A DNA stretch of 62,899 nt, counting the filler, from Vannella sp. (lineage: Eukaryota): the NCBI GenBank assembly GCA_023345925.1. It is 8 parts of 8 records of this genome, joined end to end, with 100 filler letters (N's around TTAATTAATTAA, not from the genome) between each part and the next. Parts side by side here need not be neighbours in the genome. Positions count along the whole stretch, not along the records: positions 57,464 to 62,899 come from JAJQQN010001166.1; 7 more parts are not named here. The stretch is one strand, 5' to 3'. The translations under genes were made by a program, and so were the position numbers. Positions 57,895 to 62,899 of the stretch are shown one piece after another. Each line of letters begins with the position of its first letter. Positions within the stretch are counted from its first letter, which is position 1. The notes beneath the pieces were generated by a model, which saw nothing but the letters and a program-made list of their open reading frames with translations, ran no database searches and was not told the DNA's origin.

Positions 57895-59658
57895 ATGATC
57901 GGGACAGCGGCTCAGGTCGTTCTGTCTCTGCTCGTCGGCCTTGTTGTCATTGGCGTAGTAAAGGCGGCTTTGTCTGTTGGCAGAAGGAAGAGGGATCTGA
58001 TGAAGCTTCGAGTAGACCTGAAGAAGGACGCTAACTTTGAACGCGTGATCAGGAGCCGCAATGAGCACACTGAGGAGTACCTGTTGAAAGGGTGCTATCA
58101 GAAGAGTCTGATTCCAAGGGCGGAGGACATTGTGGGTAGCAACCAGTGGGAAACTTGCTACGACTTGGCTCCCGCTTGCAGGAACCCAGACTGGGTCGCT
58201 CTGTCGGAGTATATTGACGCTTTAAGCATTCACAATCCGAATGCGCGTAGAGCTGTGGCTGAGACTCTTCTTGAAAGGCTCGAACACGGCATCTGTGGAG
58301 GGAGCTTGCCCTTTCCACTCACTTGGCTGCTTCCTAAGAAAGCTTTGAACGGTGACTTGCCTTTCCACGCTCTCCAAGTACTCCAATTCAGCTTGATGAA
58401 TACTCCAAGTATCCCAACAGCGATTGCCAGTTGCAAGAACTTCATCAAGAAGGAGTTTGGTGGTGCTCCAGACCCGAACCAGCCATCCATTTCCTTCTAT
58501 TTGCCGAGTTCCTGCCAACTGAATGAAGCTGTGAGCTATATGGAGAGTACTCTGCCGAAAGAGAGAAATGTGGTCCCACTGAATCCCAAACTCCTTCCTG
58601 GATTGTGCAAGGGCTGGGCCCCTCACAATCCTCCTCTGCATGCTGGAGAGGACGCGCTTCGTAACAACACGTTCCAGGAGATTTGTAACCGCCTCAGCTT
58701 TAACCACGCTCTCACTATGGGATTAGCCACTCCAATTGTCATTGAGAGCGTGTTTACTGTTGTTATGCCCGATGGAACACTCATTAAGCGTATGGATGAG
58801 TTTGTGTCCTATCTTCAGAGCAAAGGATGCGTCTTCCGAGCTCAAATTCGAGTGGCGACCGCGGTAATGGGCTTCAACTACTCTTTGGAGCGGGAAGCAA
58901 TCGGATTTGAAGCAGACGGAGACAAGAAGTACTTTGATATTCCTTTTGCCTTCTTTTCTAGGACTGGGGTGTACTCTGACAAGTACAGTGCCGAGGTTTT
59001 GGCCCCTCTTCTTCACACTGGTTTGGACCTTTTCTGTGAAGGCCAATTGGAAGGATTCGGTCCTATCAACTTCCACCTGCAATTCTACATGCAAATGGGC
59101 CAGTGTGTCCAGTGGAATGAACGCAACGGTCCGCAGGATCAAATCAAGTGGAATCCGGGTCGCGTTATCGACAGTTGGACGGATCCGAAAGAGATCGTCC
59201 GCCTTGTCCACCTGTGTGCCATTTATGCTTGCGTTTGGAATGATATTGCCAAGCGCGAAGAGCTGGACTCTGGAGGTTACGGAGTTATTGGTGTTTGTTC
59301 TGATGCCGTGGCACCGATTCAGCACTGCCTGAGCGGGAGAGCAACAATGTACCCTATTTTGGGAATGGGCGAGTATCGAGTGAAAACCATCAAGGAACTG
59401 GTCCATCTGGCAGAAGACCCTCTCTTGCAATTGACAAAACAAGATAGATCTGCTCTCAAGGATCTAGCAAGCGCTGTTCGCGATCTACCAAACGACAACT
59501 ATCTAGATCCTCCACACTATCTCGATACTGTCGAACGCATCAACACTTCCATCCCATTCGAGGAAGGAACTGAGCCTTTCGCATGCTTAGTCGTTGCCCG
59601 GAAGATCCTCCGAGATGAGCTGGAGTCTGCAGGGAAGTACTTTAACGGCAAAATCTGA
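57895..59658 (+). CDS. Uncharacterised protein with N-terminal membrane anchor
   Basis: Intronless ORF; hydrophobic VVLSLLVGLVVIGVV; enzyme-like motif GGYGVIGVCSDAVA. Confidence 0.75.
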   Translation: MIGTAAQVVLSLLVGLVVIGVVKAALSVGRRKRDLMKLRVDLKKDANFERVIRSRNEHTEEYLLKGCYQKSLIPRAEDIVGSNQWETCYDLAPACRNPDWVALSEYIDALSIHNPNARRAVAETLLERLEHGICGGSLPFPLTWLLPKKALNGDLPFHALQVLQFSLMNTPSIPTAIASCKNFIKKEFGGAPDPNQPSISFYLPSSCQLNEAVSYMESTLPKERNVVPLNPKLLPGLCKGWAPHNPPLHAGEDALRNNTFQEICNRLSFNHALTMGLATPIVIESVFTVVMPDGTLIKRMDEFVSYLQSKGCVFRAQIRVATAVMGFNYSLEREAIGFEADGDKKYFDIPFAFFSRTGVYSDKYSAEVLAPLLHTGLDLFCEGQLEGFGPINFHLQFYMQMGQCVQWNERNGPQDQIKWNPGRVIDSWTDPKEIVRLVHLCAIYACVWNDIAKREELDSGGYGVIGVCSDAVAPIQHCLSGRATMYPILGMGEYRVKTIKELVHLAEDPLLQLTKQDRSALKDLASAVRDLPNDNYLDPPHYLDTVERINTSIPFEEGTEPFACLVVARKILRDELESAGKYFNGKI

Positions 59659-60002
59659 TCAAACAACAACAACAATTGACTTCTAAATCGTCAGAACTCT
59701 TCCCAAATCGACCGAAAAAGAGCAAAGTCCCGTTCTCATGCTCATTCGATTAGCTAAAAGATCGTTTTAGTACAACAAAGATGGAGAATATCCTTTCCCG
59801 TCTATTGGCTAGAGAAAATGGCCTCCACTCCACGGCCACGAGGCTGAGAGAGAGGCAAGAGAAAACTGAATCTCGAAGATCCTTCAAAAGAGCCGAAAAA
59901 TGGGGTTTTTGTGGCGTTTCAACTATCTTTACGCAACATTCGTTTAGAGCAGGGGAAATTTAAAATGGCATTCTTGAGTTCCCCTTTGCGGGAGGAGGGG
60001 AA

Positions 60003-62432
60003 ATGCCGACTGAACTGGAGGTCCCTTGGTGTCAAGAGGACTTTGAGTGCCAGAATATGAGCTGTGCGCGTCGTCACAGGACGGCGAAGTGTACACGCAG
60101 CTGTGTTGACTTCTTCTGTGCAAACCGCCACCCCGTTTCAAGGCCTCTTTTGTGCCCTGAGGAGCTGCAGTGTAGGCCTTGCTCACTAGCAATATGCTCT
60201 CATATTCATGTCTGTCGCGATGCTGCTTGCCAGGTCCTCTTACCTCAGGTGTACAACGAGAAGATCATCTTCTTTCTGATGAACTCCCTTCCTGATGAGC
60301 TGCTGCACTTCCAAGACCTGATCGTTTCAGTCCATGCTAACAATCAGATCACTTCACTCTCTGCAGAGGAAGGAGCTCAACGCTTGTTAGAACATCTGTG
60401 GAGGACACTTGTCTCCTCCCCCGGAACGTTTTACCGCCGGGATCTGTTCATCTCGTGTCCCCCTCCCGTTACACAGATCAACCAATGGAAGAACTCGTAT
60501 ATGGCAAACTCTGAAGTGATAACGTCGTTCGAGGAAGGGATGAATGGAAGCTATCGGGTCATCTTCTTCACCACAAACCAACGCAAGTGCGAGCCCCTCT
60601 GGCATCTGATTAACCAATGGTGTGAACCGCCACAATCCACTCTTCATCTCAACCCTCCCTTGCAAACCAATTTCTTCCTGTTACCCACTCCCACTGACAT
60701 TCCTCTTCCTTTGGATGAAGCAAAGCCAACCAAGCGAAACAGAGTGCGGAAGCCTAGGACTAGGAAAGCAGCTCAAGGCTCTTCAAATCACCAGAGAATG
60801 GATCCAACTCCTAAACGAGGGAGTTCGAGATTTGGGATGGCCGCTTCTCCACGTTCCTTTGTGGCCCACGAGTTGAGTGATTCTCCTGTCAAAAAGGAAG
60901 GTAATCGAACAACATTTGGTGCCGCTATGGAGCAAGACAAACGTTCTGGACCTGGAGATAGGGCAAAGCAAAAGAGTGGTGAAGAGTTTGTCCCTCAAAA
61001 CTACAGCGCTTCCAGAGACAGTCTCCCATTCAAGCGAGGGCGCAATCTTATTTCTGTTGACCCTTTGCAGATGGAATTCTTAACGAGGAGGCATTTGCCT
61101 CTTCTCGAAGAGACCGAATACGACGCTCATCTTCGTTTACTGTCCTTCGTGGGTTCTGAAGGAAAGTTAATGGTGCAAGTGCGGGACGTTCTTCGAGTAC
61201 TCTCGTCATTGGCATGTCAGAAAATGCCACCTGGAAATGCCATCGGGCAATACCAACAATGCTGTTCACTAACGCTGAAAGAAAATGGGATTCCCTGTGA
61301 GCTGATTACTGTCCCTAAAGTTCAGGGGCTATGGCTCCTTGGAGAAGGTAATGCGGTGGAGAATGGAAGGAGAATTTTAGAATCTCTCTCTTTACAACAG
61401 TGTCCTATTCCAGTACCCGAGAGCTGGGAAGCTCCTACCGCTGTCAATCAATCTACAAGCAAGTTGCTAAGAAAGCATTTTTCGATTGATTCTGCAGTAA
61501 CTCTTCAAGTGAGTGAAGGAATGGCTTCCCGCACCATCCTTCTCAGTAGCTTTATTCGATCTGAATTGCGAGCTGCAGAGAAGACGATCACAGACAGCTT
61601 CAAACAGTTCAATGTCCCGGATACCCAACTTTCTGCATTTCAGTCCTGGAATGAAGAAGAACCTCCCATGCCGCAGAACTCTCGCTTCTCATCCCAACCC
61701 TTGCATAACCTGGCGAATGCTTCCAGATTTTCTTATGATGACCCATCTGCCGTGTTAGAATCTTCTGCTCCAAAAGGAAACAAGGACTCTCCTGCTATCG
61801 AGGATGAGACTTGGGGTTGGCCAGAAACTGATGTTCATGTTGCCCTCAGAGATGCTGGTTATCAACCTGAAAAGCTCCCCCAAAGAATAGAAAGACTCCC
61901 AAGAAGGAAGAGAGACGCTCCAGAAGAGCCAAATCCTGACGACTTTTTTGGGGGTGACTTGCAAATTGCACGCAAAGATATTGATTATCGTCTTCTTGAA
62001 GAGTTACCTTCAATAGAAAGCAGACTGAGAGACGCTCCAGAAGAACCAAATGATGAAGACGCTTTATGGAAGGGAGAACGACTTCACCTGAACTCCGCTA
62101 AAAAAGTTCCAATATCACGTGACCAGAGAAAGTGGCTCAAGGTGAACCTCCGCGCATTCAAGCAAGCCTGTCCTGAAGGGACCCACATCATTGTATCCAA
62201 AGAAGTTTCAATTCGAGGCGAACATAATTCTGAAGTGGAGGAATCTCTCATGCTCCTCTTGAACCGTCTTCAAAGTGTTGATGTCTCTCACTTGAATGGC
62301 GAAGCATTAGAACTCATTCAAGACATCGCAAGGCAGAGTGGCTGCGTCCTAGTTGATGAAAGTCGCTTGGTAGGAGTCCCAGAAATTCTCTTTGGTCTCG
62401 AGGATTTCATTCCAAAAGACAATGAGCTTTAA
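60003..62432 (+). CDS. Uncharacterised protein with N-terminal Cys/His zinc-finger-like repeats
   Basis: Intronless 809-aa ORF; CQEDFECQNMSCARRH, CTRSCVDFFCANRH, CPEELQCRPCSLAICSHIH. Confidence 0.7.
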   Translation: MPTELEVPWCQEDFECQNMSCARRHRTAKCTRSCVDFFCANRHPVSRPLLCPEELQCRPCSLAICSHIHVCRDAACQVLLPQVYNEKIIFFLMNSLPDELLHFQDLIVSVHANNQITSLSAEEGAQRLLEHLWRTLVSSPGTFYRRDLFISCPPPVTQINQWKNSYMANSEVITSFEEGMNGSYRVIFFTTNQRKCEPLWHLINQWCEPPQSTLHLNPPLQTNFFLLPTPTDIPLPLDEAKPTKRNRVRKPRTRKAAQGSSNHQRMDPTPKRGSSRFGMAASPRSFVAHELSDSPVKKEGNRTTFGAAMEQDKRSGPGDRAKQKSGEEFVPQNYSASRDSLPFKRGRNLISVDPLQMEFLTRRHLPLLEETEYDAHLRLLSFVGSEGKLMVQVRDVLRVLSSLACQKMPPGNAIGQYQQCCSLTLKENGIPCELITVPKVQGLWLLGEGNAVENGRRILESLSLQQCPIPVPESWEAPTAVNQSTSKLLRKHFSIDSAVTLQVSEGMASRTILLSSFIRSELRAAEKTITDSFKQFNVPDTQLSAFQSWNEEEPPMPQNSRFSSQPLHNLANASRFSYDDPSAVLESSAPKGNKDSPAIEDETWGWPETDVHVALRDAGYQPEKLPQRIERLPRRKRDAPEEPNPDDFFGGDLQIARKDIDYRLLEELPSIESRLRDAPEEPNDEDALWKGERLHLNSAKKVPISRDQRKWLKVNLRAFKQACPEGTHIIVSKEVSIRGEHNSEVEESLMLLLNRLQSVDVSHLNGEALELIQDIARQSGCVLVDESRLVGVPEILFGLEDFIPKDNEL

Positions 62433-62899
62433 CCAGAGATCAGAGATCCGGTAGCAGACGAACCCACTGACTGAGGAATAAACGAGTGTTGACTTTTAGA
62501 CTCTCCTCCCTTCCTTGGTCTTAAGTTAAGTGGTTGCCAAGTTGGAAAAGGTCTTGAGTCCTTGAATGGAACCTCTCACAGTGACCACGGCTTTAGAAGA
62601 TTAGGCGATCAGCCCCATGGGGCACAGGAAAGGGAAGAATGGAGCGCGGTGATTCGCGGATCGGATGATCGGGAAAGGGGAACTGAAGCCACAAATTGGG
62701 ATTTAAGGGAAAGGCTCGGAGAAATCGTCATTATCTTTCTGAGCAGCTGGTGTGGTCATGCTTGTATTCCAACCGATCTCCCTGTTGGCAGACTTTGACC
62801 AAAAGACCCTTTGACTTTGAGGGCCCCTCCCTTGACAGTAAGATCAGCTCCCGTTACCTCCTTTCCTTCCACTCACCTTCAACCAGAGAATGCGGACAT

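Noticed and set aside
1..62899. Alternative genetic code to explain fragmented ORFs
   Set aside because: TAA, TAG and TGA all terminate conserved genes (RPS5, ODC, EB1), and the breaks are explained by short introns.

Overview
Eukaryotic DNA, standard genetic code. Eight unrelated contigs are joined by artificial 100-nt spacers (44 N + TTAATTAATTAA + 44 N), so neighbourhoods across spacers mean nothing. The genome is very compact, with intergenic gaps often under 150 nt and many short spliceosomal introns (mostly 44-66 nt, GT-AG, two GC-AG, frequent AAG acceptors). The gene set (Roco LRR-ROC-COR, ABP34-family actin bundler, mitochondrial-type MinE) suggests an amoebozoan-like protist; this is inference. 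I reconstructed about 35 genes by hand-splicing, including several the ORF track misses or fragments (SERP1/RAMP4, MinE, Gemin7, DUF1748-like, ArfGAP, bL25m). The top finding is an ankyrin-repeat gene at 19986-22371 (-). It is built from a periodic all-phase-0 module: a 93-nt helix exon plus a 12-nt microexon encoding the 4-residue hairpin (8 microexons, 19 introns). Other highlights are an intron-containing nuclear MinE head-to-head with Gemin7, an LCAT/PDAT-PH-ankyrin-zinc ribbon fusion, a kinase-less Roco with two kinds of short-motif repeat, and an MPLKIP/TTDN1-like protein with a doubled motif. All family calls come from motif recognition, not database searches.
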